Part shown: in pieces, positions 37,262-49,200 of the stretch
Numbering within the stretch: the stretch's first letter is position 1
How the letters are laid out: each line of letters starts with the position of its first letter
Assembly (NCBI GenBank): GCA_947384195.1
Contig: CANDGE010000001.1
Location: 35,398-99,397 of the forward strand
From: an uncultured Clostridia bacterium
Lineage (GTDB): Bacteria > Bacillota > Clostridia > Christensenellales > Pumilibacteraceae
Length of the DNA stretch: 64,000 bases
Direction of reading: 5' to 3'
Program-made: the position numbers and the translations under genes
The notes under the pieces: generated by a model
What the model saw: the letters and a program-made list of their open reading frames with translations, nothing else
Database searches by the model: none
Told to the model about the DNA's origin: nothing

Positions 37262-40075
37262 TTGCTCGAACTTAAAAGTATAGTAAAAGATTATCCCGTA
37301 GCCAACGATAAGGTGCGCGCGTTAAAGGGCGTAGATCTTGCGTTTCGCGAAAGCGAGTTCGTGTCCGTGCTCGGTCCGTCGGGTTGCGGTAAGACCACGC
37401 TGTTGAACATAATCGGCGGGCTCGACCATTATACGTCGGGCGATCTTGTGATCGACGGCGTGAGCACCAAAAGCTATAACGATCGAGATTGGGATACGTA
37501 TCGCAATCACAGAATCGGCTTTGTGTTTCAGGCGTATAATCTTATCCCGCACCAGACCATTTCCGAGAACGTCGAGCTTGCGCTCAATATTTCCGGCGTG
37601 GAAAAAGCGGAGCGCGTGCGGCGCGCGCACGACGCGCTCGACAAAGTCGGGTTGAAAGGGCTGTATAACAAAAAGCCGAATCAGCTTTCCGGCGGGCAAA
37701 TGCAACGCGTTGCGATAGCGCGCGCGCTCGTCAACGAACCCGAGATTTTGCTTGCCGACGAGCCGACGGGCGCGCTCGACAGCGAAACGTCCGTGCAAAT
37801 CATGGATCTTATCCGCGAGATAGCCACGCACTGTCTTGTGATAATGGTCACGCACAATCCCGAGCTTGCCGAAAAATATTCGACGCGCATCATTCGCTTG
37901 CTCGACGGGGAAGTTCAGTCGGACAGCGATCCGCTCGTTTCTGCGGCGGGCGAGACCGATAACGCCGTCGATCGAGCCGAAAACGCCGAAAAAACCGATA
38001 CCGACGCCGTCGCCGAACCGACTGCGGACGGCAACGCCGACGTTGCGCCCGTCAAGAAAAAACACGTATCCAAAAAAGCCAAGCTGTCGTTTTGGAGCGC
38101 GTTCAAGCTGTCGGGCAAAAATCTTTTGTCAAAGCTCAAACGTACGGTGCTTGTTTGTTTTGCGGGGTCTATCGGCATAATAGGCGTTGCGACGGTGCTG
38201 TCCGTGTCGAGCGGCGTTCAAGGATACATACACGACATGCAAGACGATATGCTTTCGGGCAATCCCGTAACGATCAGTACCGAAGCGCTCGATATGGAAG
38301 CGTTGATGTCGGGCATGATGTTCGACGAGAAGTCCGATATCATTATGAACAATACGGACGTCAAACAGGGTATAAACGTTCAAGGGCTTGTCGCCGAGCT
38401 CGCAAAGCGCGGCAGTACCGCCACTTCGTCGATAATACAAAACAATATAACCAACGAATATCTCGACTACGTAAAGTCGATGCCCAAGGAATATTACAGA
38501 GCGATAAACGCTACGTACGGGATCAATCTTTCCAATAACCTATATACCGATTTCGAGCTCGAAGGCTACGGCAAGACGGAACTTTCGCTGTCGACGGCGA
38601 TAGCTATGTACACCGATCTTTTGGGTCAGACCGAGTTCAAGTCGTACGCGTCGTACATACCAATGTTTACCGAGCGGTTCAGTCAAATGCCCGACGATAA
38701 GGATTTTATCCTTTCGCAGTACGATATAGTTTCCGACCCGCAAAAGAGCAAGTTCCCGACCGAAGCGAACGAGATAATGATCGTAGTGAATTCCGATTAT
38801 GCGCTTGCCGATCTTACGCTCGCACAATTCGGGTATTTGAGTCAAAAGCAGTTTTTGAACATAGCGTACGGCGCGGTCAAGGATCTGCCCGGCAACGAGG
38901 ACGCGGCGGAAAAGTACGATAAGGATCTCGACGTGCCGACGATAACTTACGATACGCTTATGGGGAAAACCTTTACCTGGTATCCCAATGACACGGTGTT
39001 CGATAACGCAAGACCGGTGGACGTTACCACGCCCGACGGCAAGACGACTACGCAGTGGTTCGGCAAGTATATCGGCGAAGCGCAGGACGATTGGACAGAC
39101 GGCACGGAGCTTAAAGTGACGGCGGTACTGCGGCGCAAGGACAGCGTTTTATACGGCTGTTTGGGCAACGGGTTTTATTATACGTCAAAGCTGTCGGAAG
39201 CGGTCGTTGCGAGCGGATTGCAGTCGGATATCGTCGGTAAAATGAACGAGAAGGAGCTGACGAGCGTACAGGGCTACGAGGTCGGCGGGATCCGTTACGG
39301 CATTACGTTCGATTATAAATACAAGCTCGACGGCGAAGCGCATAACGGTACGAGCATAGTTGGCGGACAGGACGCCATGATGCAAATGCTCGGCATGATG
39401 CAGGGCGCTTTATCGGGCGGCAACTCGCCCGAAAGCGCCGTAAAGACCTATGTGATAATGAAGTACGAGCTTGGCGGGGTAGACACGCCCAATAGGATAG
39501 CGGTGTATCCTACCGATTTCGATCATAAGGACAACGTCACCGCATATCTCGACAAGTGGAACGCCGACGGCTCGATCGTCATCGACGGCAACGAGATATC
39601 GAACAGGGAAGAAATAAAATACACCGACAATCTCGAACTCGTCATAAACATGGTAAACGACTTTATCGACATAATCACGTATGCGCTCGTGGCGTTTACG
39701 GCGTTGTCGTTGGTCGTGTCCACCGTCATGATAGCTATAATCACGTACGTGTCGGTCATGGAGCGGATTAAGGAGATAGGCGTTATACGCTCGCTCGGCG
39801 GCAGAAAACGCGACGTGTCGGCGCTGTTCATTGCCGAAACGTTTATCATAGGCGGCATTTCCGGCGTGCTCGGTATCGCCGTGACGTATTTGATATCGTT
39901 TATTATCAATATGATAGTGGGAAGCCTTGTGGGCATATACACGATAGCGGCGTTGCCGGTGCTCACTGCGTTTATAATGATACTCATTAGCATCGCGCTC
40001 ACGCTCGTATCGGGACTTATCCCCGCGCGGCTCGCCGCAAAGAAAGATCCCGTGGAAGCGCTCAGGAGCGAGTGA
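37262..40075 (+). CDS. MacB/FtsX-type ABC transporter, fused ATP-binding and permease
   Basis: GPSGCGKTT, LSGGQMQR, LADEPTGALD; C-terminal ERIKEIGVIRSLG..DPVEALRSE. Confidence 0.92.
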   Translation: MLELKSIVKDYPVANDKVRALKGVDLAFRESEFVSVLGPSGCGKTTLLNIIGGLDHYTSGDLVIDGVSTKSYNDRDWDTYRNHRIGFVFQAYNLIPHQTISENVELALNISGVEKAERVRRAHDALDKVGLKGLYNKKPNQLSGGQMQRVAIARALVNEPEILLADEPTGALDSETSVQIMDLIREIATHCLVIMVTHNPELAEKYSTRIIRLLDGEVQSDSDPLVSAAGETDNAVDRAENAEKTDTDAVAEPTADGNADVAPVKKKHVSKKAKLSFWSAFKLSGKNLLSKLKRTVLVCFAGSIGIIGVATVLSVSSGVQGYIHDMQDDMLSGNPVTISTEALDMEALMSGMMFDEKSDIIMNNTDVKQGINVQGLVAELAKRGSTATSSIIQNNITNEYLDYVKSMPKEYYRAINATYGINLSNNLYTDFELEGYGKTELSLSTAIAMYTDLLGQTEFKSYASYIPMFTERFSQMPDDKDFILSQYDIVSDPQKSKFPTEANEIMIVVNSDYALADLTLAQFGYLSQKQFLNIAYGAVKDLPGNEDAAEKYDKDLDVPTITYDTLMGKTFTWYPNDTVFDNARPVDVTTPDGKTTTQWFGKYIGEAQDDWTDGTELKVTAVLRRKDSVLYGCLGNGFYYTSKLSEAVVASGLQSDIVGKMNEKELTSVQGYEVGGIRYGITFDYKYKLDGEAHNGTSIVGGQDAMMQMLGMMQGALSGGNSPESAVKTYVIMKYELGGVDTPNRIAVYPTDFDHKDNVTAYLDKWNADGSIVIDGNEISNREEIKYTDNLELVINMVNDFIDIITYALVAFTALSLVVSTVMIAIITYVSVMERIKEIGVIRSLGGRKRDVSALFIAETFIIGGISGVLGIAVTYLISFIINMIVGSLVGIYTIAALPVLTAFIMILISIALTLVSGLIPARLAAKKDPVEALRSE

Positions 40076-40099
40076 TAATTACCGTTATAAGGATATGAT

Positions 40100-42049
40100 A
40101 TGAAAAAGACCAATAACAAAAAAACTTTCTACATCACGACGCCCATATACTATGCGAGCGGCGCGTTGCACATAGGTCACTGTTATACGACCGTCGCTTG
40201 CGACGCGATAGCGCGTTTCAAGCGCATGGACGGGTACGACGTGTTTTATCTTACGGGCACGGACGAGCACGGGCAAAAGGTCCAGCAAGCGGCGAGCGAA
40301 AAGGGCATGACGCCGCAAGCGTTTGTCGACGGGCTTGCCGAGCGCATAAAAAAACTGTGGGAGCGCATGGATATATCCAACGACGGTTTTATCCGCACCA
40401 CGGACAAAGCGCACGAAAAAGCGATCGCAGACATATTTACCAAGCTGTACGAAAAGGGCGACATATACAAGTCCGAATATTCGGGCAAGTATTGCGAGCC
40501 GTGCGAATCGTTTTGGACAAACTCGCAGCTCGTCGACGGAAAGTGTCCCGACTGCGGACGCGAAGTAAAGGACGCCAAGGAGGAATGTTACTTTTTCCGT
40601 TTGAGCAAGTACGCCGATCGCGTTAAAAAGTTGCTCACCGAAACCGACTTTTTACAGCCCGATTCGCGCGTCAAGGAAATGGTCAACAACTTTATCGACA
40701 AAGGGCTCAACGATCTTGCGGTCACGCGCACTTCGTTCGATTGGGGAATAAAAGTTCCGTTCGACCCCAAGCACGTCATTTACGTGTGGATAGACGCTTT
40801 GCCCAACTATTTGACGGCGCTCGGCTACGGACGGGACGATGCCGAGAACTACAAAAAATACTGGCCGTGCGACATGCACGTAATGGCGAAGGAGATCGTG
40901 CGCTTTCACTCGATAGTGTGGCCCGCGATACTCATGGCGCTCGACGTGCCGTTGCCCAAGCGCGTGTACGGTCACGGCTGGATAACGTTCGGCGGCGACA
41001 AAATGAGCAAGTCCAAGGGCAACGTCGTCGATCCGTTTGTTCTCACCGACAGATACGGCGTAGACGCGTTGCGGTACTATTTGCTTTCGAGTATGCCGTT
41101 CGGCGAGGACAGCTCGTACACGAGCGAGCTGTTGCTGTCGACGATAAACAACGACATAGTCAACGATCTGGGCAATCTCGTGCGCCGCACGCTCGCCATG
41201 AGCAAGCAGTATTTCGACGGCAGGGTAGCAAAGCCCGCCGCAAAAGAGCTTACCGCCGCCGATCGCGAATACGTTGCGGCGATAGACGGGCTTTTGAACG
41301 GCGTGCGAGCCGACATGGACAAGCCCGAGTTCAACAAAGCGCTCGAAAAGATTTTCGGCGTTATCGATCTTTCCAATAAGTACATCGACGCCAACAAGCC
41401 GTGGGAGCTCAACAAGACGGGCGAGAAACAGCGGCTCAACGTTGTTATGTACGACCTTTTGGAAAGCATACGCGTCGTCGCGAATCTGTTGTTGCCGTTT
41501 CTTACAAAATATCCGCGTCGCATATTCGACGGATTGGGCTTGCCTGTTCCCGCAGACTTCGCGGCGGCAAAGTACGGCGTTGTCAAAGCGTACGCTACTA
41601 CCGAAATAGAGCCGATCCTCAACAGACTCGATATTAAAAAGGAGCTTGCCGAGTTGGAAAAATTAGCCGAAAGCACAGAACGGAACAATGCGGAAAGATC
41701 CGCCGAGCCGCACGACGAACAGCCGTCCGAGCTTATCTCGATAGACGATTTCTTTAAATCGCAATTACTCGTCGTCGACATCGAAGCGTGCGAAAAAGTG
41801 GAAAAGGCGAACAAACTGTTAAAGCTGACGGTGTTCGACGGCACGCGCCGTCGCACGATAGTGTCGGGCATAGCCAAGGCGTACGCGCCGCAAGAGCTTG
41901 TAGGCAAAAAAGCGGCGCTCGTAGCAAACCTTAAACCCGCCAAGCTGTGCGGGATAATGTCGGAGGGTATGCTGTTGTGCTCGGTGGGCGACGACGGCTT
42001 GCCGCGGCTCGTAATGCCGACGGGCAATGCGGGTGACAAAATATGTTGA
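40100..42049 (+). CDS. metG: Methionyl-tRNA synthetase with C-terminal tRNA-binding domain
   Basis: ITTPIYY, HIGH, GTDEHGQK, KMSKS, NLKPAKLCGIMSEGM. Confidence 0.97.
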   Translation: MKKTNNKKTFYITTPIYYASGALHIGHCYTTVACDAIARFKRMDGYDVFYLTGTDEHGQKVQQAASEKGMTPQAFVDGLAERIKKLWERMDISNDGFIRTTDKAHEKAIADIFTKLYEKGDIYKSEYSGKYCEPCESFWTNSQLVDGKCPDCGREVKDAKEECYFFRLSKYADRVKKLLTETDFLQPDSRVKEMVNNFIDKGLNDLAVTRTSFDWGIKVPFDPKHVIYVWIDALPNYLTALGYGRDDAENYKKYWPCDMHVMAKEIVRFHSIVWPAILMALDVPLPKRVYGHGWITFGGDKMSKSKGNVVDPFVLTDRYGVDALRYYLLSSMPFGEDSSYTSELLLSTINNDIVNDLGNLVRRTLAMSKQYFDGRVAKPAAKELTAADREYVAAIDGLLNGVRADMDKPEFNKALEKIFGVIDLSNKYIDANKPWELNKTGEKQRLNVVMYDLLESIRVVANLLLPFLTKYPRRIFDGLGLPVPADFAAAKYGVVKAYATTEIEPILNRLDIKKELAELEKLAESTERNNAERSAEPHDEQPSELISIDDFFKSQLLVVDIEACEKVEKANKLLKLTVFDGTRRRTIVSGIAKAYAPQELVGKKAALVANLKPAKLCGIMSEGMLLCSVGDDGLPRLVMPTGNAGDKIC

Positions 42050-42816
42050 TAGATTCGCACGCGCATATTTACGACGACGAGTTTGCTGTCGACGGCGGCG
42101 CGCGATCGATAATAGACGGCATGTCCGACGACGGTCTTGAATATATTGTATGCGTGGGGTGCGACGTGCCGACTTCGAGAACGTGCGTCGAGCTTGCAAA
42201 CGCCAACGCGCGTATTTACGCAACGGTGGGCGTGCACCCGTACGACGCGGATACCGTCACTCCCGAAAACCTGTCGATCTTGCGCGAGCTCGCTTTAAAC
42301 AACAAAAAGGTCGTAGCGGTGGGCGAGTTCGGGCTCGATCTTCACCGTCCCGGTTCCGACCGCGACGGACAGATAAAAGCGATGCGCGCGCAGTACGAGC
42401 TCGCTCGGGAGTTGAGCTTGCCGCAGGTGTACCATTTGCGCGACGGCTACGGCGAGTTTACGGAGTTTGCAAAAGCGCTGGACTTTCCGCAGGGCGGCGT
42501 GATACACTGTTTTTCGAGCTCGGCGGAGTTCGCCGAATTTTGCGTGAAAAAGGGCTTTTACATCTCGTTTTCGGGCACGGTCACATACAACAATGCGGTC
42601 AACCTGAAACGCGCCGCGCTCGCCGTGCCGCTCGACAGGCTGTTGATAGAAACGGACAGCCCGTATCTTACGCCCGAGCCCAAACGCGGACATAAAAACT
42701 ATCCGAAAAACGTGGCGTATGTGTGCGATGCTCTTGCGGAGATAAAAGGATTATCGCGCGAGCGCATGGAACAAATAACCAACGAGAATACCAAAAGAGT
42801 TTTTAACATAGGATAA
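42043..42816 (+). CDS. tatD: TatD family DNase
   Basis: IDSHAH, GVHP, GEFGLD, HCFS, ETDSPY. Confidence 0.92.
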   Translation: MLIDSHAHIYDDEFAVDGGARSIIDGMSDDGLEYIVCVGCDVPTSRTCVELANANARIYATVGVHPYDADTVTPENLSILRELALNNKKVVAVGEFGLDLHRPGSDRDGQIKAMRAQYELARELSLPQVYHLRDGYGEFTEFAKALDFPQGGVIHCFSSSAEFAEFCVKKGFYISFSGTVTYNNAVNLKRAALAVPLDRLLIETDSPYLTPEPKRGHKNYPKNVAYVCDALAEIKGLSRERMEQITNENTKRVFNIG

Positions 42817-43427
42817 TGGCTGACAATTACGTTTATGTTTTGGACGGTAAGGCGTACATCAATCTTACCGACAAGTGCCGCAATGCGTGTACGTTTTGTA
42901 TACGCAATACCGGCGACGGCGTTGCGGGTACGCCGCTGTGGTTGGATAACGAGCCTGCGTCGACCGACGTTATGGCGGCGTTCGATGCGCTTGCGCCGTT
43001 CGCCGACAAAGAAGTCGTGTTTTGCGGCTACGGCGAACCGACCGAAAATCTCGCCGCGTTAAAAACGTGTGCGGCGGAGTTGAAGGCGCGCGGGTACAGG
43101 TCGCGGCTAAATACCAACGGCTTGGGCAGTCTTGCGGCGGGACGGGATATATCGGGCGAGCTTACAGATATCGATACGGTGTCGGTGTCGCTCAATGCGG
43201 GCAGTGCGCAACGCTATTACGAAGTGACAAACAGCGCGTACGGGCTCGACGCTTTTCCCGCCGTCGTCGAATTCGCCAAAGCGTGTAAAGCGCGCGGTAT
43301 GAACACCGTGTTCACGGTGGTGGACGTAATAGGCGACGACGAGATAAACAAATGCAAAGCGCTTTGCGCAACGCTCGGTATCCCGTTGAGAGTGCGAACG
43401 TACATCGCCGATAATTACGAAAGATAA
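42816..43427 (+). CDS. TatD-associated radical SAM protein
   Basis: YINLTDKCRNACTFC, FCGYGEP, RLNTNG. Confidence 0.9.
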   Translation: MADNYVYVLDGKAYINLTDKCRNACTFCIRNTGDGVAGTPLWLDNEPASTDVMAAFDALAPFADKEVVFCGYGEPTENLAALKTCAAELKARGYRSRLNTNGLGSLAAGRDISGELTDIDTVSVSLNAGSAQRYYEVTNSAYGLDAFPAVVEFAKACKARGMNTVFTVVDVIGDDEINKCKALCATLGIPLRVRTYIADNYER

Positions 43428-43480
43428 TGTCTGATCGGGAATTGACGGCAATTAAAAATTTTCACGATATTCTTTTGCAC

Positions 43481-43581
43481 TGCGAAGCGGTCTAAGGTTG
43501 TCCCGAGCATTCTATGTTTACCGAAAGATAAAGATATACGCCGTTCATTCATTTGTCATCCCGAGCATCGCGAAGGATCTC
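43481..43581. repeat. Dispersed REP-like repeat, copy 3 (degenerate)
   Basis: TGCGAAGCGGTC..AGG..CCCGAGCA and TTTGTCATCCCGAGCATCGCGAAGGATCTC resemble 23440-23535. Confidence 0.6.
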
Positions 43582-43619
43582 AACCTTGATCAAAGCAAAA
43601 TAAACACTCGGAGGCGGTC

Positions 43620-44621
43620 ATGCCCGATTGGCTTGTATATATAGGATACGTTGCGATGGTCGCGATAATAGTCGTGCTTTCGATAAAGCTCGGAAAGTAC
43701 GTCGATATCATAGACGCCAAAAGCAATATTTCGGGCGCGTTCATAGGCGGCGTCATGCTCGCCGCAGTTACGAGTCTGCCCGAACTGTTTACGTCGCTGT
43801 CCGCAGTGTGGATAGTCAAAGAGAACTCGATGATAATCGGGAATATTCTCGGATCCGATCTTATAAACCTTGCCTTTTTCGGCGTGATACTTCTCATATT
43901 CGGGCGCGGTCTGAAAAAACAGAAGTTCTCGGCGTTTTACTATCTCGCGCTCGGCGTTATATTGGCGATGTACGCGCTTGTCGCGGTAGGGTTGTACTTG
44001 GCGGAGTGGATGCAAATAACGTGGTTTTCGGCTGTGTCGCCCGTTATTCTCGTGCTGTACGTATTGTTTGTCAAAAAGATGCCCAAAACGTCTGACGCCG
44101 CCGACGATAAATCGGACGAAAAGCTTACGCTCAAACAAGCGGTCGTGCGGTTTATCGTTTGCGCCGTCGTGCTTATCGCCGCATCGATAGCCATGACGTA
44201 TCTTACCGATATCGTCGCGGGCAATCTCGGCTTGGGCAAAACGTTTGCGGGCGCGCTGTTCTTGGGCGTTGCAACGAGCTTGCCCGAACTTATTTCGTCG
44301 GTAGAGCTTTGCAGACGTAAAAATTACAATGCGGCGGCGGGCAATATCATAGGCTCGAACATATTCAATTTTACCATACTGTTTGTAGCGGACGTGTTCT
44401 CGTTTATCCCCGATTCGTCCGATATATATATTCTCAACGGCGACAGTCAGTGGCTGTTGATATTCGGCGCGATAGCGACTGCGACAACGCTCGGCATGAT
44501 GGCTATAAAAAATATGCGCAAGCAGTCGATAGGGAATGCGGTCGCGTTGTATGCGGTCAACGCCGTGCCGCCCGTGCTGTATTTGCTGTATTTGCTTATT
44601 ACGACGGGCGTGATAAGATGA
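43620..44621 (+). CDS. Sodium:calcium antiporter family protein
   Basis: Two TSLPEL and GN(I/L)xGS alpha repeats; about 10 TM. Confidence 0.88.
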   Translation: MPDWLVYIGYVAMVAIIVVLSIKLGKYVDIIDAKSNISGAFIGGVMLAAVTSLPELFTSLSAVWIVKENSMIIGNILGSDLINLAFFGVILLIFGRGLKKQKFSAFYYLALGVILAMYALVAVGLYLAEWMQITWFSAVSPVILVLYVLFVKKMPKTSDAADDKSDEKLTLKQAVVRFIVCAVVLIAASIAMTYLTDIVAGNLGLGKTFAGALFLGVATSLPELISSVELCRRKNYNAAAGNIIGSNIFNFTILFVADVFSFIPDSSDIYILNGDSQWLLIFGAIATATTLGMMAIKNMRKQSIGNAVALYAVNAVPPVLYLLYLLITTGVIR

Positions 44622-44680
44622 TCGATAACGCATAGTGCGCGATCTATATATTCCGCTTTAATCATACATGGAGAAAAACA

Positions 44681-45514
44681 ATGGTGATCGAAAATAAAAC
44701 AATGGACGAGGAACGCGCGCTGTACGGGTGCGAGAACGTGATAATACATAACTGCAAGTTTCAAGGCGAAGCGGACGGCGAAAGCGCGCTCAAAGAATGC
44801 GGGCGCATCGAGGCAAAGGATTGTTATTTCGACTTGCGTTATCCGTTGTGGCACGACCGCGCCGTGATGCTCAACGGGTGCGAAATGACCGAGAACTGTC
44901 GCGCCGCGCTGTGGTATACAAAAAACGTCGTTATCGCCGATACGAAAATGCACGGCATAAAGGCGTTACGCGAGTGCAAACACGTCGTGATAAAAAACAG
45001 CGAGATAATCTCGCCCGAATTCGGCTGGTCGACCGACGGCGTCAGCTTTACCGACGTTAAAGCGACGAGCGAATACTTTTTGTTCCGCGCCGAAAACGTG
45101 ACCGCGCGCAGGCTCGATTTTAAGGGCAAGTATTCTTTTCAGTATGTCGACGGCGGAATAATAACCGAAAGCACGCTCGACACAAAGGATGCGTTTTGGC
45201 ACAGTAAAAACATCACCGTGGAAAACTGCACGGTGATAGGCGAATATCTTGGCTGGTTCGCAAAAAATCTGACGTTTAAAAATTGTACGATAATCGGCAC
45301 TCAGCCGTTATGCTATTGCAAAAATTTAAAGCTTATAGATTGCGTCATGAAAAATACCGATCTTGCGTTCGAGCGGTCGCACGTGCAAGCGACGTTGCTC
45401 GATAAAATAGACAGCATCAAAAATCCGTATAAGGGCGTTATCAAAGTCCCGTCCGTCGGCGAGATAATACGCGACGATGCAAAAGCAAAAGGCAAGATCG
45501 TAATATGCAAATAA
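44681..45514 (+). CDS. DUF3737 family protein
   Basis: ERALYG, DGESALKE, LRYPLWH, GKYSFQY, TKDAFW, GEYLGW, GTQPLCY. Confidence 0.88.
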   Translation: MVIENKTMDEERALYGCENVIIHNCKFQGEADGESALKECGRIEAKDCYFDLRYPLWHDRAVMLNGCEMTENCRAALWYTKNVVIADTKMHGIKALRECKHVVIKNSEIISPEFGWSTDGVSFTDVKATSEYFLFRAENVTARRLDFKGKYSFQYVDGGIITESTLDTKDAFWHSKNITVENCTVIGEYLGWFAKNLTFKNCTIIGTQPLCYCKNLKLIDCVMKNTDLAFERSHVQATLLDKIDSIKNPYKGVIKVPSVGEIIRDDAKAKGKIVICK

Positions 45515-45825
45515 GCAAATTCAGACAAGACGTGTATAATGCGGTCAAGCTCGTGCCGCGCGGCAAAGTGGCGACATATGCGCAGATAGCGTTGATGTCG
45601 GGGCATAACGGCGCGGCGCGTGCGGTGGGAAACGCTTTGCACGTCAATCCGTATTTCGGCGAAGTCCCTTGCCATCGCGTCGTGAACGCGAGCGGACGGC
45701 TCGCGCCCGATTTCGCGTTCGGCGGAGCCGACGAGCAAAAGCAAATGCTCGAACGAGAAAATGTGCCCGTCGAAAACGGCGTCGTCGATCTCGAAAAGTA
45801 TCAATGGCGCGGCGGGGATAATTAG
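45505..45825 (+). CDS. MGMT-family alkyl-DNA repair/binding protein
   Basis: VPRGKVATYAQIA, ARAVG, VPCHRVV. Confidence 0.88.
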   Translation: MQISKFRQDVYNAVKLVPRGKVATYAQIALMSGHNGAARAVGNALHVNPYFGEVPCHRVVNASGRLAPDFAFGGADEQKQMLERENVPVENGVVDLEKYQWRGGDN

Positions 45826-46268
45826 GATCGCAGAACGGGGGATGATGATTTCGATCTTATTTTACCGCGCAAAATAATGCGTGCTTTTTTATTATTTCGA
45901 GCGTTTTTTGCTCGCCGAGAAATTAGACTGTTTCTTGCCCTTGTCCTTCCGCGAGTAGCGAAGAATTTCGACGCTGTTAATATAATAAATGCGAGCTCTT
46001 TCACAGCGTTACGCTTGTTGGGCACAACAAAGCATAGCGTAATATTTGTTTCCGATAAAAGGGCGACCGAGCCATCGAGTCGTTCTTTTATATTGTTGCG
46101 TTGTTCCGAATGCAGAAAAAGTTTTTCCGTGAAAATGAATTTTTTTGCGGTTTTACCGATAAATAAGACGATGGGGGTTGACATCGTGGATATAATGTGA
46201 TAATATACAAATATCTAATAAAATATTGCCGAGCTTGCGGCAAGGTTTTACGGAGGTAAATCGAAATA

Positions 46269-49200
46269 ATGAAAAAGGTTTTATCGGTACGCGCCGTTAC
46301 GGTCGCATTGTTATCGTTGCTCGTAGCCTTTTGCGTTGCGTGGGGCGGGATCAGTTTGTTTTCGCCTGCGTTCGGACGCGCGGAAGGAACGGAGAACGAA
46401 ACGACTGCGCCTACCGTTGCGGAGATAGTGGAAGGCTATAAGGATAAGCTCGTTGCCGACAATATAGTCGACGGCGAGATAACGCCTATCATACTGAGCG
46501 GCACGCGCGAGCAAATAGCCGCGGGCTGGTCGTCTGCTTGGAGCAAATCGTATGCTACGCGTGCTACGACCGCTTCGTATGTTTATGTGCGGCTCGATTC
46601 CGATTGGGTCGCCGAAAGACCGATTTCTAACGGCGTCGAGCAGGATACCGCGCCTATATTCGGTACGGGCAACGGGTTTTATAATCAAGCGTCGGATGCC
46701 GTCGGTAACGGAGCTATAAACCTTATCGGTGTGAGAGTTATTCTCGATCTTAACGGGCATGTTATAGACCGCGATCTCAATAATTCCAAATATGCGGATA
46801 GTAATTATATCGGCGGCAGCGTTTTGTATGTAGGCTCTTCCGATGCCGATTTGGTTTTGGTAGACAGCGATCCTACATCTGAGCATAAGACAGAAGTCGA
46901 CGACGTGCAAACGGATAAATATACATACGACGAGATGACGTTTTCCGTCAAGGATCCCGACAGCTGGTACCCGCAAATAGATATCGTGACCGAAACGAAA
47001 GTCGTTACGGGCGGTATCATCACAGGCGGCAAAGCTATGGGAACCGCGTACGGCAACAGAAATATGGGCGGCGGAATCCGCGTTAATGCGGGTAAGCTTC
47101 ACATGTTCGGCGGTACGGTATTCGGCAATAAAGTTGCTTTGCACGGCGGCGGCATTTATGCCAGCGGCGGCGGGGCAAGAGTAGTCATCGACGGCGGCAA
47201 CGTTATCGCCAACGAGGGACTTAGCGTTAATAGCGCATCGTTCGGCGGCGGTGTATTTATTACGAGCAAAAATGTCGAGTTTTCTATGAAAAAAGGCTTG
47301 ATCGCGGCAAATATTGCCGCCGACGGCGGCGGCGTTTACGGCACCGTTTCAAGCGTGTTGAATATCGACGGCGGACAAATAATAAGCAATACTGCGGGCA
47401 AGAGCGGCAGCGGTCAAGGCGGCGGCGTTTATACCAATTCGGTACTTAACGTCGGCGGCGGCGTTATATCCAAAAACCTGTCGGGACACAGCGGCGGCGG
47501 TATATACAGCTCAACCATCGCAACAGCGGAAATTGCGGGCGGCGAGATCTCGTACAACCTGTCCAACGTCGGCGGCGGTATCACCGCAAACGCCGATCTT
47601 ACGCTCAGCGGCGGACTTATCACGCACAATCTCGCGTACTACCGCGATTACGGCGTATACTTCCTTACCCCGGGTACATTAAAATTGGCGGGTCCGGTAA
47701 AGATCAGAGAGAATGGTACGAGAAAGTCTACATCCAACGATATATCGGGCGCGAAAACCGTTACCGTCACGGGTGAACTCGAACGCGGCGAAGCTCCCGA
47801 CGAAGATCTTGCGGAAATTTATATCAGCGAATATCTTGCGCCTATTACGGGTTACGGTGAAAACGGTTTGAACTATAAAGACGGGCAGCTTATAGATCCT
47901 TCAAAATATTTCCGTTTTACTTACAATGCCGACGATATCGGCAAAGCGGTTTTGCAAGAAGGCGTCGGCGTTATTTACGAAACGCCGTTCAAAACTGTTT
48001 ACTACGGTTCGGATACCGGAAATAACAATGATTATGACATAGACTTGCAGATAACCGACAGCCAGTACGGCATGGCAATGGCTTACGGCGATCACGGCGA
48101 GCACGGTATGCGAGTACAGCTTGTCAGCGGTTCTGCGGACGATCCTTATAACAGTTGGGTAAGTTTCCAACTTTATAAATACGACAGCGAAAAAGAAAAT
48201 GCCGACGCGGAAGATCTTGGCGATTCTTCATATGCCAATTGCGTTATCGACGCGGGCATATATATCGGTAGCGCGTATGTGCAAACAAGCGACGGCACGA
48301 GAACGATCACCATAAGAGTTATCGTCCGTCCCAAATCGCTCGAAAGCTCTACTGCCGAGTTCGGTGCGGCGGGTTATGTCAAAATAGCTTACGACAATGC
48401 GGATAAAGTGTTTAACGGCAATGCGCATACGCCGACGGTTTCGTCGGTCGCGATCGAGGAAGGCGAAAACAGTACTTGGTTCGAGAGCTTGGTCAAAGAC
48501 AGCGCATACACCGTCGAATACGAAAACAATATCCACGTTGCGGGCGCGTCGTACGTCGTAGTCAAGGGCATCGGCAATTACGGCGGCACGGTCAAACTTC
48601 CGTTCGATATAGTTCAGCCGAGCGGACACAATTATACCGAAAACGGCGATACGGCTTGCGTTACCGAGTGGCAAGCGTATAACGGCACGGCATGGGCGGC
48701 GATAAGCGGCTCGTCGGCGTTCACATACGACGATACGAGCAAAAAATACAGCGTGCGCGCTTTGGTAAAGTCCAAGTTCGACGACGGCACGGTATACAGT
48801 TCGTATGTGTATGCGGCGGACGGCAAGGAAGCCGACTTTAAGCTCGCCGTCGGCGATACGATATTGATCGATCCCGGACTTAAACTTGTATTCAAAAAGG
48901 GCGATGTCGTCGCCAAAGACATTTTCGATGCGGGCACGTACGCTATATCGATCGAGTGCGCGGACGTAGCCAACGGCATGATAGGCGACTTTGCTTTGCC
49001 CGACACGGCTATCGGATCTGAAGTCGTTATGGCTCCGTATTCCATAACCAAGGCGGAGCTCGACGCCGCTACTGCGGAAAGCGGCACGTCGTTGCTTGCG
49101 GTGGCGCTCGGCGACGGCGAATGGCTGCCGTTTATCACCGAAGTCAAGTATGTTGCGGACGACGTCGCGACGGACGGCAATACGCTTTTCGCTTACGTGC

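Noticed and set aside
45826-46268. ORFs or ncRNA in the long intergenic region before the surface protein
   Set aside because: ORFs lack SDs and coding character; no recognisable RNA motif
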